Shown piece by piece: positions 43,427 through 59,946 of a stretch of DNA of 64,000 nt. The notes under the pieces are model-generated. The model was given only the letters and a program-made list of their open reading frames with translations. It had not been told where the DNA came from and ran no database searches. A program made the position numbers and the translations under genes. How positions within the stretch are numbered: the first letter of the stretch is position 1; each line of letters opens with the position of its first letter. The stretch lies in assembly GCF_009914755.1 (NCBI RefSeq), contig NC_060929.1. One strand, written 5' to 3'. The stretch is from the human T2T-CHM13v2.0 reference genome, Homo sapiens.

Positions 43427-44785
43427 GTAAGAGTCTTGAGGGCCCTGTGTATGATCCATCACTGGTGCCGTGTGCTGATCTGTAGACATGGGCTGGACCT
43501 GGCTTCTATCCCCACCCCACCCGCAGTGATTCCCTGTGCTCCAGTGAGTCTTATCCTTGTTCAGGTGGGAGCAGCTGGAAGTCATGGTGCCCCTTGAAAA
43601 AGACCATTCTTTTCACCAAATACAATGAGATATTAATATGTTTAATTTTCCAGCAGAAAATATGTTATCTGTATGCAGCATAAAATCACAACCACAGGAG
43701 CAAGCATCCATGAAGAATCCAATATGAAAAAAACATGATCAGCTGCTTGCAAGTTTTATATTAATATATATTTACTATTTAATTCTTTTGTTGCATTATT
43801 TTGTCCTTAAATTATACAAGTAATGCTTTACTGAAAAATGTATGGAAATATTAGATTGTGACAAATTTCTTGGTGAGCATATTTTTCTGCTAATTGAGAA
43901 AAACTGTCATTATTTGGTTTAGCAATGGAACACTATAGTCCAGCTCTCTAAATAATAATAATAGTCATTATTTATCAAGCATTTACATGTGCCAGACACA
44001 GTAACAAGCCTTTTGCAAATACTATATTATTTTAAATGCTCATAACAACCCAATAAGGTTGTCTCCTTTTTTAAATTTATGAAATCTGATAACAAGAAGG
44101 GAAAGAGACTTACCGCAGGGGATATAGATACTAAGAGGTAGAGCTGGGATTCCAACCTAAACCTACTTGGTTCCAAAGCCTGACACTTATCCGCTATTCC
44201 CACTTGCAGAGAGCATTAGACCATGCTCTTAACTATCACCCTTTACAGGTTCATGGACCCCTAGTGTTATTTGGAAGCCAAATTTGATAGATAATGGCAT
44301 TCTAAAGTTCATGCTAAGAAGCAAGAAAATGATAGGGATCCAGTTCAGAAGAGGTGCCCACCTTGAGCAAAGTGCTAGGACCACGGAGGATCTAATAGTG
44401 TAGAATGAGGAATCAAAATGACCCAAAGATCCAGTTGCTTTTTCCCTTGGGTTTGGCTACAGTGAGTAATGTTTCATAGTCATGTCATCCAAGCACCAAA
44501 GGCAAATGACCACGTGTGCCAGCCAAAGAGGAACATGGCTTTTATTTATTTTGCTCCCTTAGGCTTCCTTATGAGGGAGGAAGGAAGTTGAGTTACCTCC
44601 TCATCCCCCCGCCCAAGAATCTGGATTTACTAGATTGGCAAAATGGACATTGGTGAAATACTGACAGCCTCCTCTAAAGACACCAGAAAGCTCTTATTCT
44701 GCTGTGTATATGATAATCACTGCACTATGGAGTACTCACTGTGTCCTAAACATCCGTCAACATCTCCTTTAGTTCATCCAACAAC

Positions 44786-44901
44786 ACAATGAAATGAGTA
44801 CCATTATTATCCCAATTTTACTCTTGAGAAATGTGCCACTAATTGATGTGGCACATTTCTCAAGGGTAAAATTGGGATAATAATGGTACTCATTTCATTG
44901 T
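44786..44901. repeat. Inverted repeat, 54-bp arms (53/54), 8-nt loop, inside a MIR
   Basis: 44786-44839 is the reverse complement of 44848-44901 except T44822/G44865. Confidence 0.96.
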
Positions 44902-45626
44902 CCTGTACAGTGATATGGTAACTCCCATAAGACCCCACACCTAGCAAGCGGCCTGGTCAAGGAACCAAACCACACTCTCTCTGACTTCACTACACTCCCA
45001 CATTCCTGGGAGTTGACCCCAGCCATGTTGGAGAATGGCAACTCCTTGCAATGGCAGGGAGCATCACTATTTCTGCTTTGGTGGCAAAGCCTTTAAGACA
45101 CAGCTGATTTCTATTATCTCTCGTAATCAGTTACTCCTTTCTCCCTGGAACAGAATTGAAGTCATCAAACACCTACCAGATGCTTTCCATTTTTTACCAT
45201 TTAATCTTCCCATCAGTCTCAAGATGGCAATACCAATCACCATTTGGCAGGCGAGGAAATAAAGTCTTGGAGGGATTGAGGTGACTAAAGTTTCACAATA
45301 GTGAGAGGCCGAATGGAATTTGAACCCAGGTCCACTAACTTCAAAGCCTGAGCATTTCGCATCTGGCACACTGCTCAGGATATCCACAGTAGGCCATGTT
45401 TACTCCTCCTGTTATATATGCTGGTGACCTACAAATAGGTGTCTCCAAACAGGGCAACAGGAGCCCAAGCCTGGCTTATTGGCCAATTTCTGAAGCACTC
45501 AATGCCACTCTCTATTAAGCCTAATTATTCAACACTTAGGCCTCTAAACTTTTTATTAGCTCATTACCTACTTATTTATTTTGCTGAGTCAAGTCTTTTA
45601 AGCTAACTGCATTGTCTATGAACTAG

Positions 45627-45929
45627 GGGACAACAAAGGAAGTAGAAGAAGTCAGTATTACTAATATCATCAACAGCTCCATCTCCAGCTTTAAACGGAA
45701 GATCAGCTTTGCCAGCATTGAAATTTCCAGCGACAACGTTGACTACAGTGACTTGACAATGAAAACCAGCGACAAGTTCAAGTTTGTCTTCCGAGAAAAG
45801 ATGGGCAGGATTGTTGATTATTTCACAATTCAAAACCCCAGTAATGTTGATCACTATTCCAAACTACTGTTTCCTTTGATTTTTATGCTAGCCAATGTAT
45901 TTTACTGGGCATACTACATGTATTTTTGA
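45627..45929 (+). CDS. GABRP: GABRP exon 10 coding part (intracellular loop, TM4, stop)
   Basis: AACTAG|GGG; GTTKEVEEV...KRKISF...[31 protein letters not shown]; completes 440 aa. Confidence 0.95.
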
Positions 45930-47687
45930 GTCAATGTTAAATTTCTTGCATGCCATAGGTCTTCAACAGGACAAGATAATGATGTAAATGGTATTTTAGG
46001 CCAAGTGTGCACCCACATCCAATGGTGCTACAAGTGACTGAAATAATATTTGAGTCTTTCTGCTCAAAGAATGAAGCTCCAACCATTGTTCTAAGCTGTG
46101 TAGAAGTCCTAGCATTATAGGATCTTGTAATAGAAACATCAGTCCATTCCTCTTTCATCTTAATCAAGGACATTCCCATGGAGCCCAAGATTACAAATGT
46201 ACTCAGGGCTGTTTATTCGGTGGCTCCCTGGTTTGCATTTACCTCATATAAAGAATGGGAAGGAGACCATTGGGTAACCCTCAAGTGTCAGAAGTTGTTT
46301 CTAAAGTAACTATACATGTTTTTTACTAAATCTCTGCAGTGCTTATAAAATACATTGTTGCCTATTTAGGGAGTAACATTTTCTAGTTTTTGTTTCTGGT
46401 TAAAATGAAATATGGGCTTATGTCAATTCATTGGAAGTCAATGCACTAACTCAATACCAAGATGAGTTTTTAAATAATGAATATTATTTAATACCACAAC
46501 AGAATTATCCCCAATTTCCAATAAGTCCTATCATTGAAAATTCAAATATAAGTGAAGAAAAAATTAGTAGATCAACAATCTAAACAAATCCCTCGGTTCT
46601 AAGATACAATGGATTCCCCATACTGGAAGGACTCTGAGGCTTTATTCCCCCACTATGCATATCTTATCATTTTATTATTATACACACATCCATCCTAAAC
46701 TATACTAAAGCCCTTTTCCCATGCATGGATGGAAATGGAAGATTTTTTTTTAACTTGTTCTAGAAGTCTTAATATGGGCTGTTGCCATGAAGGCTTGCAG
46801 AATTGAGTCCATTTTCTAGCTGCCTTTATTCACATAGTGATGGGGTACTAAAAGTACTGGGTTGACTCAGAGAGTCGCTGTCATTCTGTCATTGCTGCTA
46901 CTCTAACACTGAGCAACACTCTCCCAGTGGCAGATCCCCTGTATCATTCCAAGAGGAGCATTCATCCCTTTGCTCTAATGATCAGGAATGATGCTTATTA
47001 GAAAACAAACTGCTTGACCCAGGAACAAGTGGCTTAGCTTAAGTAAACTTGGCTTTGCTCAGATCCCTGATCCTTCCAGCTGGTCTGCTATGAGTGGCTT
47101 ATCCCGCATGAGCAGGAGCGTGCTGGCCCTGAGTACTGAACTTTCTGAGTAACAATGAGATACGTTACAGAACCTATGTTCAGGTTGCGGGTGAGCTGCC
47201 CTCTCCAAATCCAGCCAGAGATGCACATTCCTCGGCCAGTCTCAGCCAACAGTACCAAAAGTGATTTTTGAGTGTGCCAGGGTAAAGGCTTCCAGTTCAG
47301 CCTCAGTTATTTTAGACAATCTCGCCATCTTTAATTTCTTAGCTTCCTGTTCTAATAAATGCACGGCTTTACCTTTCCTGTCAGAAATAAACCAAGGCTC
47401 TAAAAGATGATTTCCCTTCTGTAACTCCCTAGAGCCACAGGTTCTCATTCCTTTTCCCATTATACTTCTCACAATTCAGTTTCTATGAGTTTGATCACCT
47501 GATTTTTTTAACAAAATATTTCTAACGGGAATGGGTGGGAGTGCTGGTGAAAAGAGGTGAAATGTGGTTGTATGAGCCAATCATATTTGTGATTTTTTAA
47601 AAAAAGTTTAAAAGGAAATATCTGTTCTGAAACCCCACTTAAGCATTGTTTTTATATAAAAACAATGATAAAGATGTGAAACTGTGA

Positions 47688-47693
47688 AATAAA
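47688..47693 (+). terminator. GABRP polyadenylation signal AATAAA (cleavage ~47715)
   Basis: AATAAA ending a ~1.8-kb Alu-free 3'UTR; more hexamers at 47354 and 47386. Confidence 0.75.
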
Positions 47694-48456
47694 TATACCA
47701 TATTAGCTACCCACCAAATCAAGTGGTCATCTATACAATGATTGTTATAAGATCCAATCTGGAGAAGGTATGTATCACAGTACAAACTCAATGGGCTCAC
47801 ATCCTTCTATCCTCATGTTCCCCCAACCCCAAACGGTACACATATATGCTCAAGACACACATATAAACCCTACCATTAATATCTTCTGCCAAGCAAATAG
47901 TAAATGCTGGTGACATAGCCAATGTTTTCTTTGACATCACTGCACCACAACACCTGCCTTGCAGTTAAACAGCTGAGCCTGGTGATAGCAAAAGAGCCAA
48001 TTCTCAAAAAATGTCACAGATTTTCTTCTAAGCATTCTTTATCACTTGGAATTCTCTTTTTTGTTGTTGAATGATATTTTTATAGTTTGAGAATACACTT
48101 TGCGGGGGGAACATTGACTCTTGGATTTTGTATCACTCTGCACTAAAGTGTAGCTACTACATCAGAGTTCTCAGTAAAAACTTCTAATATTCGAAACCTG
48201 TCCATTTTATCCCCTACCCAGAGCAGTCCCAGTGATCACGTTGTTCAAAATATTTACTTCTTGGTTGAAAATATCAAGAACAACCTCACCAAATTTCCAA
48301 AGGACATGAAACTAGCTGGGGTTGGGAATATTCTAAATCATAGAAATATAATTATTAGTTAACTTGCTACTGAGACTAGCAATAGTCTCAATATAAGAAA
48401 TCATAAAAATATAGGAAGACACTCAATAGCAACTAAATGGCAGATGGTTCATTTCA

Positions 48457-48781
<325 letters not shown>

Positions 48782-48918
48782 GAAGAAGAAAAGAAAAAAG
48801 GAGAAATGAGCATAGCAGAAAAGGGCTGGAGATTACAGTAGACCTCAAGCTGGAAATGAGCAGGCAATGCAGGGGAGTCCCCGTCGAAGAAAAGTACAGT
48901 ATGGCTTTCAGTGCCAGG

Positions 48919-49269
48919 TGATATGGTTTGGCTCTGTGTTCCATCTCGAATTGTAATCCCCACATGTCGTGGGAGGGACTTGGTGGGAAGTGATTTGATC
49001 ATGGGGGTGGTTTCCCCCATGCTGTTCTCATGATAGTGAGGGAGTTTTCACAAGAGCTGATGGTTTTAAAGTATAGCACTTCCTTGCTCTCTCTCTCTCC
49101 TGCTGCCATGTAAGACATGCCTTGCTTCCCCTTTGCCTTCCACCATGATTGTAAGTTTTCTGAGGCCTCCCCAGCCATGCAGAACTGTGAGTCAATTAAG
49201 CCTCTTTTGTTTATAAATTACCCATTCTCAGGTAATGTCTTTATAGAAGTGTGAAAACGAACTAATACA
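48919..49269 (+). mobile_element. THE1D-like MaLR solo LTR
   Basis: TGATATGGTTTGGCT...ACTAATACA termini; TSD CCAGG/CAAGG. Confidence 0.88.
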
Positions 49270-49339
49270 CAAGGCAAGTATAGTGACAAGCATAAAGATC
49301 TGCAGTTAGTGGGAGTTTGAGATCAAGATATGGTCTTTT

Positions 49340-49630
<291 letters not shown>

Positions 49631-51280
49631 GAGATAAGGTATTTCTTCAATGTTGTGCCTTACTCTTACACATAGAGAGCAGTTCTTCTCAGCTGCTGGC
49701 CCATAGTGAATTTTTATCAGTTTACTGCCAAAGTTCCTTGCTTTTTAAAACGTATACATTTTTAAAATTGTCTTTTAACAGACAAGGAATTACACCCTAA
49801 TATGTGATCAATGTAAGTTATGTGTGATATTTTTTAAAAGAAAAATTGAAAATATGTTTAATCTATTTTTAAAATTAAATATATATTAAATTACATATAA
49901 TTTTCAACAGTTTTGTAAAGACTTTAAATATATATCAGACTGCAGTATATTTGGGTGGAAAACACTGAGTTCAATTTTGGCCCATACTTCTAGGGATGTA
50001 CAGAAATGGGGAAAGAGAGAAGAATGACAGAAGTGATTTAAATAATAGAAAACAAGTCCAACAAGAAGGAGCTTTTGTACCTTGGAAAGTAAGCTGAGTA
50101 AATGACTGTCATTATTAGGTTCAAGAGAAATTTTGTGCAAGGGACATGCTGTTCCACTATTCACCTGAATAAGTGAACTGAATAAAAGTAAATAGGCATA
50201 AAAGCACTTCAGAGAAAGCCTAATTGTTTAGAAGGAAGAAAATGTGCAGGTTGAATAATGAAATGCTCAGATTCTCCATCTGGAAATTTCCCATGAGAAT
50301 AAAGAATCATCTCTCCCTTTGATTTTGCCATACAGCTGCCTGAAAGCAGACAGCTCTATTTTACCAGGTAATCTTGGAAGGTTGTAGATGCAGGGAGATG
50401 CCTCTGGCTGCAGAAAATTAAAGTGTCAACGTATTGCTAACATAAAACAAATGCCTAAGAATATTCCTGGTGGCCCACAAGGTTGAACTTCAAAATTATG
50501 ATTTCTTTTGGGGGATCTGAAGGGGAATCATGTGATTCATAGCTTTCAGTGACTTGGCTATGATATGAAACTTAACCACTCAATATCATTTCTTCTAACT
50601 GTGCCTTCCCAGACATTAGATAAAATGCAATCCCATTTGAAAACTAGGAAAGAGAATAGAACATGAAAAGTGAGTAAATAACTACCTGATGGTCCAATGT
50701 CCCTGTGATCTTTGAGGACATCTGCATTTACAAGCCAGCTAGCTATTCCTCTCTCAGTGAAGACGAGACCCAAGAGTTAAAGAGTTGTAGAGTTGGGCAA
50801 TGTTGTGTATCTTTTTGCTGTAATACATTATAGCCATGAGTACAACTATATGCGGAGTCCTGTGAATCCTCCTGGTGAATCATCAAACCTAGCCAGTGGT
50901 CATGGGGACTCTGGACACACAGGCTTTGAAGCAGTGGTTCCTGAATCCGGCTGATCATAAGAATCACTGGTGGAGCTCTATAGGCAACTGACCCCAGAGT
51001 CTCAACTCAGACTTATGGACTCAAGACCTGTATTTTTCCAAGCTCTCCACATGTGAAGCCAGATGGGAAGACAGATACCACGTGCCTTGGTGGAAAAGAC
51101 AACAACTTCATGAAAACTACATTTTCAGGAGGGTGAAATAATACAGTGTGTCCACCACATGGAAACGTCCAACAGGATATGACTATTGAATATGAATAAT
51201 ATGTAGAGCAGACAGAAAGCAAATTTTTCCTTCTGTTTCATTGAATCTCCTATGTTAGTGCCAAGAAGGAACAGGACATC

Positions 51281-51659
51281 TGACATGGTTTGGATTTGTG
51301 TCTCCACCCAAATCTCACATCAAATTGTAATCTCCAATGTTGGAAGACGGGACTGGTGGGAGGTGATTGGATCATGGGGGAGGACTTCCCCCTTGCAATT
51401 CTCGTGATGATGAGTTCTCACGAGATCTGGTTGTTTAAAAGTGTGTAGCACCTCCCCCTTTTCTCTCTTCCTTCTGCTCCAGCCATGTAAGACGAGCCTG
51501 CTTCCCCTTCACCTTCTGCCATGACTGAAAGTTTCCTGAGGCCTCCCCAGCCATGCTTCCTGTATAGCCTGTGGAACCATGAGCCAGTTAAACCTCTTTT
51601 CTTTATAAATTACCAGTCTCAGGTAGTTCTTTATAGCAAAGCAAGAATAAACTAATACA
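51281..51659 (+). mobile_element. MSTA-like MaLR solo LTR
   Basis: TGACATGGTTTGG...ACTAATACA; perfect 5-bp TSD ACATC. Confidence 0.9.
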
Positions 51660-52060
51660 ACATCTATTTCTGATGTGGCCATAACATGACAAAAAAGCAT
51701 CCAATGATAAATTTGTGGTTGAAGAATGATGCAGGCATACAGGGATACAGCAGTTCTTTGTTGCAACTCCCAGTTTTTGAGACACTAAACCTTAACCTTA
51801 GTTAAAGTTAATTTGAGTTTATGTAAATCAATTAAAAACATTCACAGGAATGCAAAAAGTTAGACTACCTGCAATCAAAGAACCTGCTTTCTGTAATGGG
51901 TAGGAGGGGGCAGCTGGCTTGAATGATGCCTCATAGGTAGCCCTCAAGGTCAGGGGTCTGAGTCAAAAGCTTCACTAAGAACTCAGAGTAATGAAAGGAG
52001 GGAGCACTCAGCTGAGAAATATGCGATCATCAGAGTTGTGACATAAAAAGGCAACTCCAA

Positions 52061-52979
52061 ATTTTTTCCACAAAGAATCTAGTTGCATTCCATTTCAGAC
52101 TTATCTCAAAAGACTAATCCAGTTTAATTTAGTGTGGGAACCCAAGAATGAGAGTCAGACTTCCTTCTCCTTCTCAGGGCCTCTTTGAGTCTGGCCTGCC
52201 AACTTACTCTGTGTCTGCACCCAAGGCAGAGGCCTGCAGTTTCTTTTTGGACTAAGACACTTGTGTAATTTCCAAATTTTAGAAGTTTTGAAGCTGGGAT
52301 TTCAGGTTGAATACATTCATGGACACATTTAACGAACAAGAATTGTGGCTATGTCCTTAAAACATACAAAGAAGAGGCATGAATGATGAATAGACAGTTG
52401 GTCTCTATGAAAATATTTCTTTTTAAAGGAAGTAGGCAAACATGTCTCTGATGGATTTTGCTTTTCAATAACAAATTATTGAACCAATTCACAAAAACAT
52501 ATCTTGAAGGATCGAAAAGCCCTCATTCATAAACCAAATCATATCTATGGAACAAAACAAAGGAAATGGGACAGGGTGACAGTGGAAACTGATAACCACA
52601 AATATCACCAATAAAAGTTAGACTCAGATGCCATGGCATTTAAAGCCACAAACTTTAGAATGCAATAATAAAGTGAATTTTCAGAATGTAAAGAAGTCCC
52701 AGGAGAAATTATCCATTTAAAAATATGTGAGATGTGCTTTTTCTGAGTTTGTATATTTCTTACATCCTAAGAAAACATTCTAATTCATTTCACAGAGGGA
52801 TTCAAAGGCAAATTCTCAACAAGGGAAATACAACTTTGTTTTTTATCTACTCATTTAGGAATTGAATAGAATTTATTAAGTTATTTTTTCCACAAAGAAT
52901 CTAGTTGCATTCCATTTCAGACTTATCCCAAAAGACTAATCCAGTTTAATTTAGTGTGGGAACCCAAGAATGAGAGTCA
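52061..52979. repeat. 97-bp dispersed direct repeat (52061-52157 and 52883-52979)
   Basis: 96/97 identical, offset 822 bp. Confidence 0.95.
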
Positions 52980-54488
52980 AGAGACCTGGACTCTACTATT
53001 AACTGAATCTCTATTTGCCTAAGTTTTCTAATACGTCAAAGGGAACAAATATATTCACCCTTTCTATCTCACAGGTTTGTAGTATGGTTAAAAATTAAGA
53101 TTATAAATGTGAAACTATTTTGGACATGTGATATCAGTCACACAAATGGGTCCTAATCAATCTGATACATGGTTATACACATATTACATACTCCCAGAAA
53201 ATCAGTAGCTGGGACTTGATGAAGTGCAGCCAGCTTATATGTCATGTTAGTAGAAACTAGGGTGGGAGACGACACAGGATGCGTCCAAAATCAAACAGGG
53301 CACAGCCAAGACTAGAAGCCATGTCTTCTAGGCCTAGCATCTTTTCACCAATCCCATGACCTCCTCAAAGGATTCTGTGCACTCAGCTTCATGCTCAGCC
53401 TATGCAGAAGCAGGGCTGCAAGATTACAACATCTATAGAACAACAGCAAGCCGCGACCTCATAAAGATTGAATGGCATTATCTGTGGCCTGTGTCTTGAT
53501 GATCTCTCTCAATCTGCCAGAACTGTTCCACACCCTAACCCACCCACCAGAAATTTGAGGCAGGGGCATCTCTGGAATCTTTACTAGCAAATCAGATCAT
53601 TCTTCCCCAGAAAAGACTTAAAGTCATTTGTTAGCCTAGAGGACCCTGCTTTTCACCTCTTCCATCTAAAAGTTCCTGCAAAGGAGATCACAAAAGCTGG
53701 CATCTTGCCCACAGTGCATATTGGAGCAGCCTGGCTCACTGCTCCAAGAACACAGTTAACAAGAACATCCTATTTCATCTCTACAAAGGTGAAAGATCTC
53801 AGCTCATGATTCCTCTCAGCACTCCACTGGTGATTGTTTTAAAAATGCATTTGTATGTATACACAATGCCTTCTATTGCAATGAATCTTTCACATTTTTA
53901 AAGGCAAGTTGTATGTTCTGACACTATAAATGGTAGTAAAGGTATTTCAAATTATCTCCCATTTGCTTACTATATTAACCAAGAGAGTACATAAAGGGCA
54001 ATAAAGTTACATCTTTATCAGAAAAGCATACTGTGCTTTGGTAAGCACTGTGTTGTCACAGCACCACTGTCTGCTCAAAGTTTTGTAATGTTTTCCAAAT
54101 AGAACACAGGAGTAAAGTAACTTTTATGCAGTTTGCTGGGGGAAAATATTAAGAATAATCACCATAGTGCAGTCCATCAGAGGTGTTTTTATTTTTTTAT
54201 TTTGCTTTTTCTCAGATAGAGAGACTTGATGTTACAAGTTGCATGAAAGGACGGAAGTCCATGGTGTATAAATGCTAGTTAATAGCTACAATTTTTTATG
54301 TGACAACTATGTACTAAGCACCTCACCTACCCTATCTCTCATCCTGACAATAGTCCTATAAGGTAGATGATATTAATCCATTTTGCAGAGGGGAAAACAG
54401 TGATTCAAGGAGATTCAATGGCCGGCTCAAGGTTACATAGTTGGGAAGTGGCAGAGCTTCGATTTGAACCCAGGTCTATTTGGCCTCA

Positions 54489-54810
<322 letters not shown>

Positions 54811-56667
54811 CTGTGCTTCATCCACTACACCATACAGCCTCATTCTTACAAGTTGTTAGAAGTCTCCAGAATCTGGATCCAAGCTAGACAATAACAGAAA
54901 TGAAAGAAATGCAAACAATAATAAGATCATGCCCCTTTCACTTTCCCACCTTAGAAATGTCCACTGAACTTTCCATCTCCAAAGCCAGTAACTCATAAGG
55001 GTGATGGGAAGAAACAAACTGACCCTGTGAAGAATCCAGGGAGGATACTGGAGAGGTTAGGAGGCTGGCTTTGACCTGAGTCAGCTTAGGTTTCTGCCCT
55101 GGCTCTGCCTGTCACCAGTTAGCTGTGTGACCTGACTTAACCTCTTTGTACCTTATTTCCTTCTCTGTAAAATAGGAAAAATGTCCTTATAGCCTCCAAT
55201 GATGCAATGTGTGCAGTGCACACAACGATACCAAGTGTGCAGAACACTTACAGTTCCTGGCCGATTGTTGCATGCTCCATAAATGTTATCTCTTTTTTAT
55301 TGGAACTTTGGCTGTGAGGTCACTATATAAAAATAAAAGGCACATTATTGGTGAAACAAAACAAAATTCACAGTTTCTGGCTTAACTGGTTTTTGTTGGC
55401 ACCTAATGGCCGTACGCCTCTTGATTTAAGAGAGCCTTAAAAACAAAGAGTGGATATCAAACACTGGGTTTCCATTTGCAAGGACAGATGCTCTTTTTTG
55501 GGCTCAGCTAAAACTAAAGTCTAGTCAGACAGCCCAAATCAAAACCCATTTTATTTCTCCTGCAAGTTTAAGTAGGAAATCAGTGCTGCTAAGAGTGTGA
55601 AGTGAAATCTCTAGAATTTATAATGAATAGGTCAGTCCCTGAACTACACACTCCTCCCTTTCCTATTTTTACATATAAAATTTTAGCCGTCATTTCCACC
55701 ATTCCCAAACTCTTCTTTAAAAAAATTGTTCTAAATAATATTATGGAAAATAAAATAGCAGCCTGTCAACATATAGAGCTGACATAGGGACCACATCTGG
55801 GTAGGTTTCCTTTAAGGAAACTCTATACTGGATCTTCAGTCTTTCCGTGTATGGCTTAATCCAAGAGCAAATGAGCATGTCCTCTTAGAAAGAAAGCATA
55901 TTAAAACATTTGCCTTGGGATTAATGAAGAATGGAAGACATTTGGGCAGGGAAGTGGGAAAGGAGAATGAAGCCATCGGGTGCCTAACACCGTAAGTAAC
56001 TTAGAAGTCAGGCACTCAACATAAAGTTTTGCATTAAAGGTTAAAACACAGAGTTTCCAATAAGTAAAGTCTTTACGGGAGTTTTCACCAACTATCACCC
56101 ATAGGTCTGGGTCCTTATAGAATTATTTTTAGGCTTAATATTTACTTCCCGAAGAAGCCTTTCTTTCCTCTCCAAAAAGCTCAAGTCCTGTGTTTCATAG
56201 ACTATAGCAGTACATGCCTTTCATTAAAAGCCCCATCAATGTGATCACAGCTGTAATTGTACATGTATCCAAATCATTCATTGTTAACTATTTGTCTTTC
56301 GCTGAGATGTGGACTTCATACAGGGAAGGACTCTGTCTGCCTTTATTCCCTGAGTCCCCACAGTGCCTAACATAGTGACTCCACATAAAAAGAATCTAAT
56401 AAACATTTGTAGAGTTAATAAATATATTCATTGAGTACAGAAATATTGAACCAAATTCTGTCCTGGAGACTAGAGCAGTATTTCCCCAAGAGTCCTTGGA
56501 GTGAGAAAGCCTGGGTTTGAGTCTTGGCTATGATACTTACTAGCCGTGTGGTCTTAGTCAAATTAATTTCTCTCTCTGTGCCTCGTCTGTCAACTGGCAA
56601 TAATAATAGTTCTTACTTCACTGGGTTATTACATAGATAAAATAAATTAAAACATATACATTGCTTA

Positions 56668-57022
<355 letters not shown>

Positions 57023-57317
57023 TTATGTACAGGGATATATACATACATACAACCTGCTGTTATTATGATTCTTACAAACACCACTTCGGCTAGATGATCT
57101 GGGGATAAAAAGGCATATTTAGTCCAATAATTTTGGAAAATACTGAATTAAATAAAGTTAAAGGGCTGCCTGTTTCAAGACTTGTCAGAACTTTCAAAAT
57201 ACTAATGTACATTATGAATGTCTAAGGGGGATATCAGGTACAGTGTTTCCAAAATGTATTTGATGACAGAATCCTACTTGTGAGTAAATTATACTAGCAT
57301 AGCTCATGGATAGTTTA

Positions 57318-57657
<340 letters not shown>

Positions 57658-57798
57658 AGAAAAATAACAAGAAACAAAATTTGGGAGGAAATATTTTTCA
57701 AAATTATAGATTGAAGAAATATTATTTAAGAAAGTAACTCTTTCTTAAAATATAATTAATGAGACATAAAATATATGAAAGGAAAATCTAGTCTTAAG

Positions 57799-58434
<636 letters not shown>

Positions 58435-58652
58435 TAGCATTAAGTTTTTAAAGCCCAATGTCTTATTTGGGCTGAGGTACCAGACCCCTTATAGCACCTG
58501 AGAGCAAAGTCCCAGCTTAAGCTTGGGAACTTGCAGAAGGGTCCAGGCACAAGACAAGGCTGAGCTCCAAACTCACAGGTGCGCCTGGTGATATGCTTAG
58601 TTACAAATTAGAGTTTGCCTCTCTCCTTCTCCCCACAAATAATCCAACCAGG

Positions 58653-59052
58653 TATATTTGTTTGCTAGGACTGCCATAACAAAGTACCACAGACTAGGTG
58701 GCTTAAACAACAGATAATAAGTTTCTTACAGTTCTGGAGGCCAGAAGTCTGAGGTGTCAGCAGGGCCAGTTTCTTCTGAGTCTTCTCTCCTTGGCTTATA
58801 ATTGGCCATTCTCTTGATGTCTTCATATGGTCTTTTGCTCTGTGCCTGTCCAAATTTCCTCTTCTTATAAGAACACAAGTCATATAGGATTAGGGTTTTC
58901 CTGAATGACCTCATTTTAATTTAATTACCTCTTTAAAGACCTGATCTCCAAATACAGTTACATTCTGAGGTCCTGGGGGTTAGGACTTCAGCATATGAAT
59001 TTCTGGGCAAGGGATGAAGAGGGTTGGAAATGACAGAATTCAGCCCTTAACA
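58653..59052 (-). mobile_element. MLT1-family MaLR LTR
   Basis: CTGCCATAACAAAGTACCACAGACTAGGTGGCTTAAACAACAG...ATTCTGAGGTCCTGGGGGTTAGGACTTCA. Confidence 0.85.
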
Positions 59053-59062
59053 CCAGCTCTGA

Positions 59063-59509
<447 letters not shown>

Positions 59510-59946
59510 TAACTCTTGCTCTGTCTCCCACAAACCAAGAGAGCCACCATGACTCAGGTCCTCCAGTGCCTCTACCTTCCTTTTGGGAACAGCTGAGCAG
59601 CATCGGGCTTCTCCACAGATTCCCAGTGCCTATCCTTAAAGAGTCTTTGCACCACTTAACCCAATCATCCTTTTCAGATCCTGCCACTTCCACTGCTGCC
59701 AAGGGTCTGCTATCACAGAATAAGGATTTAAAACCCACAGAATCCCAAAGATCTCCTCCAGTAGTGTTAAAATAGGGATAATCTTCTTTCACAACTGGGG
59801 AAACACAGGACACTCACTATCTGATGACAGCTTACAGGACTGTGAACAGCCTCAGCGCCTAACACAGCCATGGTTATTGTCCTAAAACAGTGAGGATGGA
59901 CTTCACCAGCTTCCCTCAAAACCAGGAACTGGCTAGAGGGCATGGC

